Part shown: piece after piece, positions 43,712-53,388 of the stretch
Layout: each line of letters opens with the position of its first letter
How positions within the stretch are numbered: position 1 is the stretch's first letter
IMG/VR virus record: IMGVR_UViG_3300045988_161338
Coordinates: 1-64,000 of that record
DNA from: a virus
Strand: one strand, 5' to 3'
DNA length: 64,000 bases
Translations under genes and position numbers: made by a program
Notes under the pieces: model-generated
Database searches by the model: none
Seen by the model: only the letters and a program-made list of their open reading frames with translations
What the model was told of the DNA's origin: nothing

Positions 43712-45364
43712 TTAGACTACAACAAGCAGAGCATGCTCTCGTCTGAACTTCGCTTCATCCTCTTCCATGCACTTCTCGGAACAATAACACTCTCCCGTGA
43801 TCTCAGAATAGAAATCCTCGGTGTCGCCCGGGAAATATTCTCCACACACAGGGCACAGAGAATCTTTCTCGGCGTCGAGCCATGAGTTGGCAGCGTCGCT
43901 CCATACGGCACGTTTCTCGGGGATGTACTCCTCGTGATAGTCAGAATACTCACAGTCCTCTTTGAGCTGCCAATTGCCGTCGATGTCCAGGATACAATCG
44001 TCAACGAGACGAGAATCTCCGACGCTATCGACATAGCAGCAATCGTCGTCATACAGATAAGCATCCTCGTGGTTTGACCAATACCAATCGTCGCTCATCG
44101 AAGCACGACCGTCGTTGATAACGATTCTCTCGCCTCTGTATATGGCGTCTGATTGCTGATTATTCCACATCCAATCCTCGTAGTAGTCGTCATAGACACT
44201 CTCCTCTTCTGGAATGTACTCTCCGTAATAGTCCGACCAATTACCGCCGCCGCCAAACTGACTGTCTGTCGTGTTTAGCTCGTCGGAATAGGACTTAGAC
44301 GAGTCGTTGTACGAGATTTGTTCGTCGTGGTTATAGTAGATGAACGAATCTTGATAGCTCAGCGTGTTGCCAGCTTCAAGACAACACGCAATGTGCAGCA
44401 CAAGGTCACGCATAGAAGAACCGTCGTTGCGGACAAAGTTCTTGTTATCGTGACAATCGACGCCCACACGCTTGTAGCCGTCAATCTCGCCTGCCTTGAT
44501 AAGCTTGTCAACGAGAATCTGCTTGAGGACATTGTCTTGCCCCATTGAATATTGACGCTCTGCAAGACGATAATGGTTGCCGTTTTCGTCTATCACATCG
44601 GTGTAGACGATGCAACGAGCAACAATCCATCCGTATTCGTCTGTGATATAAGCCGCCTTGGCCTCTATCGCGTCGCGATAGAAGGTGTGCTGATCCTTAT
44701 CTGTCATGCAGCTTCCAAAGTCACCATAACAGCGGCCGCTGTCATAAATATCTTCGAAATTATCATCGACATGCAGCGTGTACCTGTCGGTGCAGCGCTG
44801 CTCGGCAAAGACCTGCCACTCACGGGCAAACTCCTCGCCTATCCAGCGTTTAAGCTGCTCAGGCATGTAGTCGCGCGTGATGCGGCATTCCTCTATGCAC
44901 CTTGTGATGAACTTTCCGGCCTTCATTTTGAAGACCTTCTCGCGTTCTACGTTCTCATAGCGCACGGCCTTGGAATCTCCATCGGCACAAATGCCTTTGA
45001 AGCCGTCAAGACGCATGCTTGAACTATAGAACGTGAACGAAAGATCTCCGAAATCTATGCAGTAATAAGGGGACGCCATGCCGCAAACATCGTTATACAC
45101 GATACGGTTCATCATCTTCTTGGCGAAATACTTGAGATCGTCCATGCTTGTAGCACGGAGATAGTCACAGTTCTTGTAAAGATGACTTCGATGTGTTCTG
45201 TCGCAACTGTCCTTGAACGAAAGCCACCAATGAAGCAGCTTTCTGTCCTTCAGGCAAGCCAGAAGGATTTTGTTCTTGCGCGACTTTACACCGTTGCCAT
45301 GCTCCACAACACCGAAGAGAACTTTGAACTCCTCATAATTTTTGAAACTCTTAATGTAAATCAT
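43712..45364 (-). CDS. hypothetical large protein
   Basis: 550 aa. Acidic, Tyr/Trp/Cys-rich C-terminal half ending in CxxC...CxxxC. Confidence 0.65.
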   Translation of the reverse strand: MIYIKSFKNYEEFKVLFGVVEHGNGVKSRKNKILLACLKDRKLLHWWLSFKDSCDRTHRSHLYKNCDYLRATSMDDLKYFAKKMMNRIVYNDVCGMASPYYCIDFGDLSFTFYSSSMRLDGFKGICADGDSKAVRYENVEREKVFKMKAGKFITRCIEECRITRDYMPEQLKRWIGEEFAREWQVFAEQRCTDRYTLHVDDNFEDIYDSGRCYGDFGSCMTDKDQHTFYRDAIEAKAAYITDEYGWIVARCIVYTDVIDENGNHYRLAERQYSMGQDNVLKQILVDKLIKAGEIDGYKRVGVDCHDNKNFVRNDGSSMRDLVLHIACCLEAGNTLSYQDSFIYYNHDEQISYNDSSKSYSDELNTTDSQFGGGGNWSDYYGEYIPEEESVYDDYYEDWMWNNQQSDAIYRGERIVINDGRASMSDDWYWSNHEDAYLYDDDCCYVDSVGDSRLVDDCILDIDGNWQLKEDCEYSDYHEEYIPEKRAVWSDAANSWLDAEKDSLCPVCGEYFPGDTEDFYSEITGECYCSEKCMEEDEAKFRREHALLVVV

Positions 45365-45445
45365 AATTCTAAAATTTTGGTTAATAGAGTCCGCACCAAT
45401 ATGTGCGGACCTTTTTAAGGTTGGCTAACCGAACATGAGCAGTCG

Positions 45446-45832
45446 TTAGAAACGGCTCATATCCACCCCGTAGATTTTTGCAAGGCTCAGAATGCCTTTG
45501 GCGATGCGCTCAAACCATGAATGCACAAACAGATAGGGTCCTGCGTCAATTCTGCAATAACCCCACTCCGTGCCAATTTGGGCGATGTCGTAATCTGTAA
45601 ACGCTACATTTACGGTGGAACACAGACCGCTTATCCACTCCGTCAGCAAATCGAGAACGGACATTCCGCGTCTGTCGTTTTCAAACTTCTCTACATAGAA
45701 AGTATCAAGCGCAAACTCGATTCTTTCTTTGTCCGACATAGACTCCACATCTACCTCATCGGAAGAGATGGAGTCAAGAATGTAGGCGTACATTTTGCCG
45801 CGCACTTCGTAATTCCGTGGATTCTTTTTCAT
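45446..45832 (-). CDS. hypothetical protein
   Basis: 128-aa ORF with the module upstream. Confidence 0.6.
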   Translation of the reverse strand: MKKNPRNYEVRGKMYAYILDSISSDEVDVESMSDKERIEFALDTFYVEKFENDRRGMSVLDLLTEWISGLCSTVNVAFTDYDIAQIGTEWGYCRIDAGPYLFVHSWFERIAKGILSLAKIYGVDMSRF

Positions 45833-45893
45833 AATTCTAAAATTTGTTGGTTAATAGAAATCCCCATCCTTGCGGGTGGGGATTAATTTAGGC

Positions 45894-46073
45894 TCAGCAA
45901 TGAGTTATGCTGATAATTCCTTTAAGCGCCTCACGAAGAAGGCACTCGGCGCGAGGGTCTATATAATCTGTCATGCGACAGTTGTGCAGCTTACGCGCTG
46001 CAATCTTTAGTCGCTTCACCTCGTATGAAAGTGAAGCCTCAAACTCTTGGTTACATCTTTTGTCTCTTAGCAT
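45894..46073 (-). CDS. hypothetical small protein
   Basis: ATG 46073 with the CATAATTCTCG context. Confidence 0.45.
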   Translation of the reverse strand: MLRDKRCNQEFEASLSYEVKRLKIAARKLHNCRMTDYIDPRAECLLREALKGIISITHC

Positions 46074-46134
46074 AATTCTCGTACTATTTGGTGAATAGAA
46101 GGCAGCATGGCAATTCATGCTGCCCGTTTTTAGG

Positions 46135-46455
46135 TCATGCGACACGTCCGAGGTTTTCAATCCCTGCATTTTCTGCAAGGATATAGGCAGGACGTGCCGA
46201 CGGATCCGTCATCGTAGGGTCGATGTAGATAAACATCTCCTCTTTCTCCACGATGTCAAGATCCATGTCTCTCACCTCCTCTTCTGTGAAGAAAAGGCCG
46301 TTGTATTCTATCCTCTCAAGATAAGCGAGGACATACTCAAGCGCCTCCTCCTCATGGAAGGCGTAGACATTGAATGAAGATGTGGTATAGCCACAGCCAC
46401 ACCACAACGACACCTTGAAAAGGTAGGTGCCGCATTCTTTGTTGTTAATTGTCAT
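46135..46455 (-). CDS. hypothetical protein
   Basis: 106-aa ORF with the module upstream. Confidence 0.55.
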   Translation of the reverse strand: MTINNKECGTYLFKVSLWCGCGYTTSSFNVYAFHEEEALEYVLAYLERIEYNGLFFTEEEVRDMDLDIVEKEEMFIYIDPTMTDPSARPAYILAENAGIENLGRVA

Positions 46456-46509
46456 AATCCTTTTGCTTTGGTGAATAGAGCCACTCGTCTTTGAGTGGCG
46501 GTTTAGGGT

Positions 46510-46818
46510 TTAGTGTCGCTCCAGACAAAGGAGAATCACAATGGAGAGGTTGGTTTCTAAGACCTTGAACTCCACCTCTCCCCGCATCAAATATCTCATA
46601 AGATGCGGATGTTCCTCGCAGTCATAGTCGCAAGCGTAGGCTGTGAGGTATTTCCCCGGCTGCAAGATAACCTCTCCTGTAGCAGGATTGTCGCTAACAA
46701 ACAAGTCGGCAGCTGTCATCTCTTCCTTAATTGTCACGATGTCGTAGTTACGAGAATCGCCATCTGACAGCAGCATCTCCATGACGGAGATAAGCTGCTG
46801 TTTCGTTAATTCCTTCAT
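46510..46818 (-). CDS. hypothetical protein
   Basis: 102-aa ORF with the module upstream. Confidence 0.55.
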   Translation of the reverse strand: MKELTKQQLISVMEMLLSDGDSRNYDIVTIKEEMTAADLFVSDNPATGEVILQPGKYLTAYACDYDCEEHPHLMRYLMRGEVEFKVLETNLSIVILLCLERH

Positions 46819-46874
46819 ATTTCAAAAAAATTGGTTAATAGAGCTGCTCTTGTTCCTGAGCAGCATTTTTGGCT

Positions 46875-47060
46875 TTAATCAATATAAACCTTGCGCGAAC
46901 CTTTCAGTTCCGCAAAATGACATATATTGTCGTACTTGTAAACCTCAAATTTCTTTGAGAATTTGTTGTACGAATCACGCACCCACACGGGCGCATCCTC
47001 TGAATCTGTTAGGCGAAGATGCGCACCTCGCTTAACTTTTCTTACTTCAATCTTTTTCAT
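46875..47060 (-). CDS. hypothetical small protein
   Basis: 61-aa ORF with the module upstream. Confidence 0.5.
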   Translation of the reverse strand: MKKIEVRKVKRGAHLRLTDSEDAPVWVRDSYNKFSKKFEVYKYDNICHFAELKGSRKVYID

Positions 47061-47115
47061 ATTATCTTTTTTGGTTAATAGAAGGCGTGCGTAATGAACA
47101 CGCCATGTTTAACTG

Positions 47116-47280
47116 CTAAAAGAAGCGTGGGCGCGAGAAATGACGCTCTATCTCTCGCGCCACCCTATCGGCATGAGCAGCACGTTTGGAATATTCTCCA
47201 TCACTCTTACTCTCCTTTGCAATAAATGCCTTGTGACTCGCCACGAGAGCAGCGAGAAACATCTTGTCTGCTTTTGTCAT
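47116..47280 (-). CDS. hypothetical small protein
   Basis: 54 aa translated by hand (MTKADKMFLAALVASHK...), with the module upstream. Confidence 0.4.
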   Translation of the reverse strand: MTKADKMFLAALVASHKAFIAKESKSDGEYSKRAAHADRVAREIERHFSRPRFF

Positions 47281-47339
47281 AATTCTTGATTTTGGTTAAT
47301 AGAACCACCCCAAAGAAAGAGGTGGCTTTTTAGGGTTTG

Positions 47340-47480
47340 TTACTCCATCCACACGCCGCCATGGAACGATAAATTATGCCCGTTCCACTCGCCGTGCCAA
47401 TGTCCACCGCTCAACTCTGTAACTTCTACGGAAGCAAACAGTGTTGAGCCATCCTGCAAGATTATCATCTCTTTTTCCAT
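47340..47480 (-). CDS. hypothetical small protein
   Basis: 46 aa translated by hand (MEKEMIILQDGSTLF...), with the module upstream. Confidence 0.4.
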   Translation of the reverse strand: MEKEMIILQDGSTLFASVEVTELSGGHWHGEWNGHNLSFHGGVWME

Positions 47481-47692
47481 ACTCAAAAATGTTGGTTAGT
47501 AGAACCACCCCACAAAGAGGTGGCGTTTCGATTTCCGCTTTCAGTCCTTTCTTTGTTTCAAGGCGGGAAACGGCTCAAAGGGAACTTCTAACCGCAAATC
47601 TGTAAGACCACCTCAGGTTAATGAGACCTTTGTTCCGTGCCACGGCTTGAACGTGGTGTGCGCCTCGGACGCTCACGGAAATAACGTACTGC

Positions 47693-47926
47693 TCAACATT
47701 CGGAATTGCATCCGAATATTTCTTTTTCCAAGCGCAGATTTGCAGCGTAGAAGGCTGCAAAAAATCTGCGACCAATTCTCGTACTGCTCAAGAGATAGAA
47801 CAGCACAACAAGATAAGCCACGCCAATGACGCAGCTAATTAACGTACTGCTCAAGATGAGCAATATAGGAATGAAAAACAAATTTCCAAGCACAATTATC
47901 GTACTTGTTTTTAAAAACTCTTTCAT
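47693..47926 (-). CDS. small membrane protein
   Basis: ATG 47926 with the CATAATTCTCG context. Two TM helices and an internal LSST duplication. Confidence 0.5.
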   Translation of the reverse strand: MKEFLKTSTIIVLGNLFFIPILLILSSTLISCVIGVAYLVVLFYLLSSTRIGRRFFAAFYAANLRLEKEIFGCNSEC

Positions 47927-47986
47927 AATTCTCGTACTATTTTTGGTTAATAGAAGGCAGCACATTATCGTACTGCCCTTTTTGCC

Positions 47987-48220
47987 TCACAGAGCATACA
48001 GCTCACTTTCGGAAGCATCCAAAAGTGAACCACCCGCGAGAATGGAAAATACACAAGGAACAAAACCCTTTATGTTCTCCATCTTCTTTACTCTCTCCTG
48101 TGCTTTAGCCCTTATAGACAACAGACCCAATCTGCCGTCAATAGGCATGAAAGAATCCATGCCTATCATTTCCACAAGGTTGGATTTAAGATCCTTGTGG
48201 TAAAATTTTATCCATTTCAT
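47987..48220 (-). CDS. hypothetical protein
   Basis: 77-aa ORF with the module upstream. Confidence 0.5.
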   Translation of the reverse strand: MKWIKFYHKDLKSNLVEMIGMDSFMPIDGRLGLLSIRAKAQERVKKMENIKGFVPCVFSILAGGSLLDASESELYAL

Positions 48221-48284
48221 AATTCTCGTACTTAGTTAATAGAAAGAAGGTGTGTCAAAACACCCTCTTGATTTAGACGCGCTC

Positions 48285-48500
48285 TCAAAACATGAAAAGC
48301 GCGGTTGTTCTTTTCGTTATGGCATATAGACGGCCGCTTTCGCCTTGCAACAGCTTGCCGTTACAGCCGTAGAGGCCGTTGGATTGCCCGATTTGGGTAT
48401 ATGATTCTGGCACATCACTGCGCGTATTACAGAATGTGATGTCCTTCGCGGCTCCTGTTCTCACAAGCCGCTTCAACTCCTTTAATGTGTATCTTTCCAT
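48285..48500 (-). CDS. hypothetical protein
   Basis: 71-aa ORF with a variant module upstream. Confidence 0.5.
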   Translation of the reverse strand: MERYTLKELKRLVRTGAAKDITFCNTRSDVPESYTQIGQSNGLYGCNGKLLQGESGRLYAITKRTTALFMF

Positions 48501-49262
48501 TTCTAATTTGTTGGTTTGTAATTGCAGAGCGGAGATCTCTCCCCGCCCCGTTTGCCTGGGATGTGCATCTTTGCACCGCGCTTTATCTTTATCGTCTTAA
48601 CTACGCGGCTCACACCCCACCATTTCACAGCATGGCTGCTGCATGTTTTTCTGCTGCAAACTCAAACGTTACACGGCTAACATGAAACCGCTTTCAGAAG
48701 AGAATCGCTTGTCGGATATACCTCACGGGGGATATTCTCTTGTTACCCCCGGTGTTATGCGCGAGGAACCACCTCGCACGGCCACAACGCCGTTAGAATA
48801 TGAATTATGATAACACCTATTTTTCTACTACTCCCACCGCTGTGGGTAGCTCGGTTCGTTACGGCGCATTGGATTGCTTAACCTCACTCGTTCCCTTCTT
48901 GCGTCCTGCTCGCTCTTGTCCTCTCCTTTGCCCTCAGTCGTGGCGAAACTGCAATACCTGATCGCGCTCGTTTCGCTCGTGTGCCTGTGCCACTCGTTCC
49001 AGATAGAACTACATGACTCAGAGAAGATAGTTAGCGGCATTCGTGCCGACCGCGTTACGAATGTAACCGACATTCAGGACATCTCGATGGGATGTTGTGC
49101 CCCACCCTCGCACATGCGAGGTTTGCTGACGCCCTAAAAATAAGCGATACAATAAAGGCGTGCCACTTTGCAGCGACGCGCCAAAATTATATGTTCCTTT
49201 GTTGGGGTTGAACCAACGGCAGGGCCTTTAACCCTTAAAGGATGAAAAAGCTATTAAACGAC

Positions 49263-49295
49263 AAAAGGTTGCCAAAATTTGTCTGGCAACCTTTT
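49263..49295. terminator. bidirectional intrinsic terminator
   Basis: AAAA, then stem GGTTGCCA/TGGCAACC, then TTTT, directly downstream of 49342-49872. Confidence 0.7.
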
Positions 49296-49341
49296 GCAAG
49301 AGAGTTAAACGTCTCTCTTAAACGTTTGAACGGCTTAGAGC

Positions 49342-49872
49342 TTATTTGCCCTTTGCAACCTTTGCGCGTGCTTCTTCACGAGTCATAAAGCCAACAGCAA
49401 CCATTTGCAACAGTAGTTTAATTTCTGAAATGGTCAACGGCGTTTTCTTTGTAACCGTTACACGTTTCTCGCTTACATCCTTATAAACAGAAGAAACGAA
49501 CGACGCCAAACGCGCGGGCGTGTCAAGGTATTGGCCGTGTGTGGCTACTTTGTCCGCGAACGCCTTAGAGTTTAAAAACTCTTCTGCCTTCATTGCGTCA
49601 ACATTGTATCGATAGCCAAACGCGCGGACCGCCTTTGTAGCGGTCAACAATACGGCGTTGTTGTATGCGGCATTTGCTTTCACCGCTTTCATCTCAAAGG
49701 CTTCGACTGCCTTACATGCTGTCGCCTTAGTGTCTAACAACGCTTTGTAGTCCTTGTTTGCCTTAAAGGCTTCGTCTGTTAGCGTGTCGTTCTTTCTGTC
49801 TGAAACAACACTAACCATAATCTCTAACTCTTTCGCAACGGCTAAAGCCATTTCATTTACTGATTTTGCCAT
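49342..49872 (-). CDS. hypothetical Ala/Lys-rich protein
   Basis: 176-aa ORF, first gene of the minus-strand block next to the divergent control region. Confidence 0.6.
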   Translation of the reverse strand: MAKSVNEMALAVAKELEIMVSVVSDRKNDTLTDEAFKANKDYKALLDTKATACKAVEAFEMKAVKANAAYNNAVLLTATKAVRAFGYRYNVDAMKAEEFLNSKAFADKVATHGQYLDTPARLASFVSSVYKDVSEKRVTVTKKTPLTISEIKLLLQMVAVGFMTREEARAKVAKGK

Positions 49873-50858
49873 AACTTAAATTGGTTTAAACGTTTCCCCT
49901 TACTTGCTTAACTCTCTGTCTGTCAAGGGGAAACGAGACAAGAGAGAGAGCGGAACAAATTAGCCGCCCTTCACCTATATAAGAGCAAAAAACGCGCCTT
50001 AGAAGCACGTTTTACACACTTTAACAAACGTGTAACTTATTGTGTTTCAGTGTTTTACAGATGTTTAAAATGTAAATATTTATGCAATGTGTGCCAATAT
50101 GGCAATTTTAACTTAATATATCTTAATTTGGCAGACCTTGTCAGTGACAAGTGGTCAAAAAATACAAAGTTTAACCTTTTTATACATTCGTGAAACATTA
50201 AATCAAAAGTGTGTTTGTATTAATATATCGGTGTAACGTGGTGATATTTAAGGGGTTACGAAAGTTAATAATGTTTGGTTTGACGTGAAACATTTTTTGA
50301 AGAAGAAGGGACGTTTGCAAATATTATGTTAAATAATATTGGGTTTTTGGATATTTTACAGGGGGTGCCCCCCTTTGGGAGGGGCGCGAGGGCGCGTAGT
50401 GACCTCACAAAAAATCTTTTCTTCTTTTTTGGGAGTGTTTTTGTGTTTTGCGTATTGGTTTGCTAACGTGTGTGAAATTTTGTAATGTATTCCAAAAATA
50501 TACGTCTTTATGTATATTTATGCAGTTTGTGGTTGTATTAACTATTGTTTGCGTTTGTTTACATATTTATTCTATTGACATTGTTTTGAGGGTTATCGCC
50601 TTTTTTGAAGGCCGAAGCTTCATTTAATGTAGCAAAAAGAGCAGTAAGTTTATTGGTTTTATGGGGGTTTATGCAGCATTGAAGGATAATAATGAGTATC
50701 TTTATCGTGCAGATGCGAGATTGTGTTTGGGTGAGCTTAGGGTTCATACATTCATGATTGTAGCGTTCATCGGTGTTTGCGGTGTGTAGATGCTCCATGT
50801 TGCTGACGGATTTGGTAGTATGGAGGCCGCAAGTGAGAATTAACGAAAAGAATAGAGT

Positions 50859-51512
50859 ATGAAGAAGATTATGTTTAACGACAAGTACGGTCTCACGCAG
50901 GCTGTACTTAAAGGCAGAAAGACTCAGACAAGACGTATTCTGAATCCTGCAATGCTTTTCGAGCGTTTGGGCACATACGAAGGTTGGGCAAAAGAATCTA
51001 TTGCTGATTGGAAGGAATCTTGTAAAGCCCGACTTTACAAAGCAGAGGGTGAAGAACTGCAAAAAATGCTTGATTACGCCTTGGAGCATTCACCATACAA
51101 ACTCGGCGAAACCATAGCCATCGCTCAGAAATATGAAGATCTGAAAGATAACGATGAATTTCTCTGTCTTAGTGGCAAAAACGAAATGTTTTTGTGGTTC
51201 ATCGGACTTGAGAAAGGGTTCAACAATAAGATGTTTGTCCGTGCGGACCTTATGCCTCATCATATTAGCATCACCAACATCCGCGTAGAACGCCTGCAAG
51301 ACATCAGTAATGGAGGCTGCCTGAAAGAAGGCATTTGGCGTGACGACAACGTAGGGCTTGAAGGTCCGACTTATTGGTATCACGGTCTTGCCAACTCTTC
51401 GTTTCGCACTCCGCAGGAGGCCTACGCCTCCCTTATTGACCGTATTTCCGGCAAGGGTATATGGAAGAGCAACCCCTATGTATTCGTTTATGATTTTGAA
51501 CTAATAGATTAG
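50859..51512 (+). CDS. ASCH-domain protein
   Basis: LTQAVLKGRKTQTRR near the N-terminus and SNPYVFVYDFELI at the C-terminus. Confidence 0.6.
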   Translation: MKKIMFNDKYGLTQAVLKGRKTQTRRILNPAMLFERLGTYEGWAKESIADWKESCKARLYKAEGEELQKMLDYALEHSPYKLGETIAIAQKYEDLKDNDEFLCLSGKNEMFLWFIGLEKGFNNKMFVRADLMPHHISITNIRVERLQDISNGGCLKEGIWRDDNVGLEGPTYWYHGLANSSFRTPQEAYASLIDRISGKGIWKSNPYVFVYDFELID

Positions 51513-51515
51513 CTT

Positions 51516-51836
51516 ATGTATATCAAAGTAAAACGTCACAACCGTCCCGACTGCATCGTAATGCTCTGTCAGGACCGCAGAACAAAGAAATGGTGTTTCG
51601 TAAACCTTTCCACAGAGCACGTCTGTACCTGTCATTTCGATACCATTGATGATGCTATAGCCGACCTGAACAATAGAGCGGAAGTAGCGAGCTACGCCCT
51701 AATCGAAAATCCCTTTGTCTATGAACAGATGGTGCCTCTTCATGGCGCGTGCTTATCTAACGTCGTAGAAAAATTCCGAAAGAACAAGAATTTTATGAAA
51801 CGATTGTTAGGCACAGTAGAAGACGAGAAACAGTAA
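51516..51836 (+). CDS. hypothetical protein
   Basis: 106-aa ORF between the ASCH and RtcB genes. Confidence 0.55.
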   Translation: MYIKVKRHNRPDCIVMLCQDRRTKKWCFVNLSTEHVCTCHFDTIDDAIADLNNRAEVASYALIENPFVYEQMVPLHGACLSNVVEKFRKNKNFMKRLLGTVEDEKQ

Positions 51837-51865
51837 GTAATAATGTCTTAACGAAAATATAGAGT

Positions 51866-53041
51866 ATGAAGAACGTAAAGATTTTTGCCAAGACCATCGA
51901 GCCTGAAGCCCAGAAGCAAGTAAGGCAGATGGCAGAGAGCGAGGCATACCGCGACTGCAAGATTCGCATTATGCCTGACTGCCATGCCGGCAAGGGATGC
52001 ACCGTAGGCACTGTGATTGAAACCCGTGGCAAGGTCGTGCCTAATACCGTAGGCGTGGATATAGGCTGTGGTATGTTGGTATTCAAGTTCGCCGAGAAGG
52101 ATATAAACCTTTCGCTTCTCGACCGAATCATCAATGAGTCGGTGCCGAGTGGATTTGACGTTCACGAAAAGTCCAAGCTAAAAGTTTTGAATCCGCTTAC
52201 GTCACATCTTTTGCTCGATTTATACGAAAGGACACAAGGCTGCTTCGACCCCGACTATATCGGACGCTCGCTTGGCACCCTCGGTGGCGGCAATCACTTC
52301 ATCGAGCTGGACGAGGACGAGCAGGGTTATAAGTATCTTGTGATACATTCGGGCAGTCGCAATCTCGGAGTTAAGGTGTGCAACTATTTCCAACACTTAG
52401 CCAAGAAGAATGTGAATCGAAACGAGGAGCGCAAGCGCATCATCGAAGACTTAAAGAAGTACGGCTTAGAGAAGGAGATTAACAATACGTTGCGTCGTTT
52501 GGGTACCGTGCCTCCCGATCTCGCCTATCTTGAGGGAGAAGACCTCGATGCCTATATTTTCGCAGCGAACGTCTGTCAGTGTTTTGCCGACGACAACAGA
52601 TGGAATATAGCAATGACTATCATCCATGGGCTTCATTTACCGTTCGTGAATTTCTTTACCACCAGGCATAACTATTTCGACATACACTCAGGCATCATCC
52701 GAAAAGGAGCCGTGCGTGCCGAAAATGGCGAACAGCTTATCATCCCACTTAATATGCGCGACGGTTCGTTGATATGCCGCGGCAAGGGCAATGAAGACTG
52801 GCTTTGCTCGGCTCCGCACGGTGCTGGCAGACTAATGTCGCGCTCGGCGGCCAAGAAACAGCTCAGCATGGAGGAATACCGACAGCAGATGCACGATATT
52901 TACTCCACATCGGTATGCGAGTCAACAATCGACGAGTCACCCATGGCGTATAAGCCTGCCGAAGAGATAGAATCGCTTATAGCCGACACGGTGGACGTGG
53001 CGAGGAGAATTAAACCGATATACAACTTCAAAGCGAAATAA
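51866..53041 (+). CDS. rtcB: RtcB-family RNA 3'-phosphate ligase
   Basis: MPDCHAGKG, GGGNHFIEL, HSGSRNLG and SAPHGAGR (His nucleophile motif) are all present. Confidence 0.85.
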   Translation: MKNVKIFAKTIEPEAQKQVRQMAESEAYRDCKIRIMPDCHAGKGCTVGTVIETRGKVVPNTVGVDIGCGMLVFKFAEKDINLSLLDRIINESVPSGFDVHEKSKLKVLNPLTSHLLLDLYERTQGCFDPDYIGRSLGTLGGGNHFIELDEDEQGYKYLVIHSGSRNLGVKVCNYFQHLAKKNVNRNEERKRIIEDLKKYGLEKEINNTLRRLGTVPPDLAYLEGEDLDAYIFAANVCQCFADDNRWNIAMTIIHGLHLPFVNFFTTRHNYFDIHSGIIRKGAVRAENGEQLIIPLNMRDGSLICRGKGNEDWLCSAPHGAGRLMSRSAAKKQLSMEEYRQQMHDIYSTSVCESTIDESPMAYKPAEEIESLIADTVDVARRIKPIYNFKAK

Positions 53042-53091
53042 TACAACAATATATTGTGTTATCGTAAGTATTAACGAAAATGTAGAAGACA

Positions 53092-53355
53092 ATGAAGATA
53101 CATAAAGAAAGACAATACATCGTAACCGTCAATTGGGAATATGTTTGTCAATTGTATTTGCATCAGACTGGAGAGAAGAAGCCGCAGAGTGAGGTTCTTC
53201 GTGCAGTACTGAAAGAGATAGACGGTTTTCTTGAAGGCAAGACAAAGAGGATATTCCGTTTAATCTTGCCCGACGGATCGCCATCGTTCACCATTACGCC
53301 ACTTGTGCGGCATAACCTGCAAGAACGACGCAAGGCGAAACGAAGAAAGAGATAA
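53092..53355 (+). CDS. hypothetical protein
   Basis: 87-aa ORF with the TATTAACGAAAA leader. Confidence 0.5.
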   Translation: MKIHKERQYIVTVNWEYVCQLYLHQTGEKKPQSEVLRAVLKEIDGFLEGKTKRIFRLILPDGSPSFTITPLVRHNLQERRKAKRRKR

Positions 53356-53388
53356 ACGATGTGAGTATTAACGAAAATATAGAGAACA

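Larger units (their letters stand above)
36558..49935 (-). repeat. dispersed intergenic module (about 20 copies): GC hairpin, TATTAACCAA, 6-14 nt, AGAATT-ATG
   Basis: Plus-strand TTGG(T/G)(T)AA(T/A)AG cores at 36558, 39019, 40268, 40779, 41264, 42175, 42618, 43669, 45377, 45847, 46088, 46467, 46831, 47071, 47292, 47492, 47943, 48232, 48511 and 49881. Nearly every core is followed within 1-6 nt by a GC-rich stem-loop of different sequence. Confidence 0.8.

Noticed and set aside
34138-49935. The cassette array as an integron
   Set aside because: The hairpins are short simple stems without R''/L''-L'/R' architecture. The conserved core GTTAATA does not fit GTTRRRY in most copies. The only nearby recombinase lies at the distal end in the same orientation and shows no obvious IntI-specific insertion.
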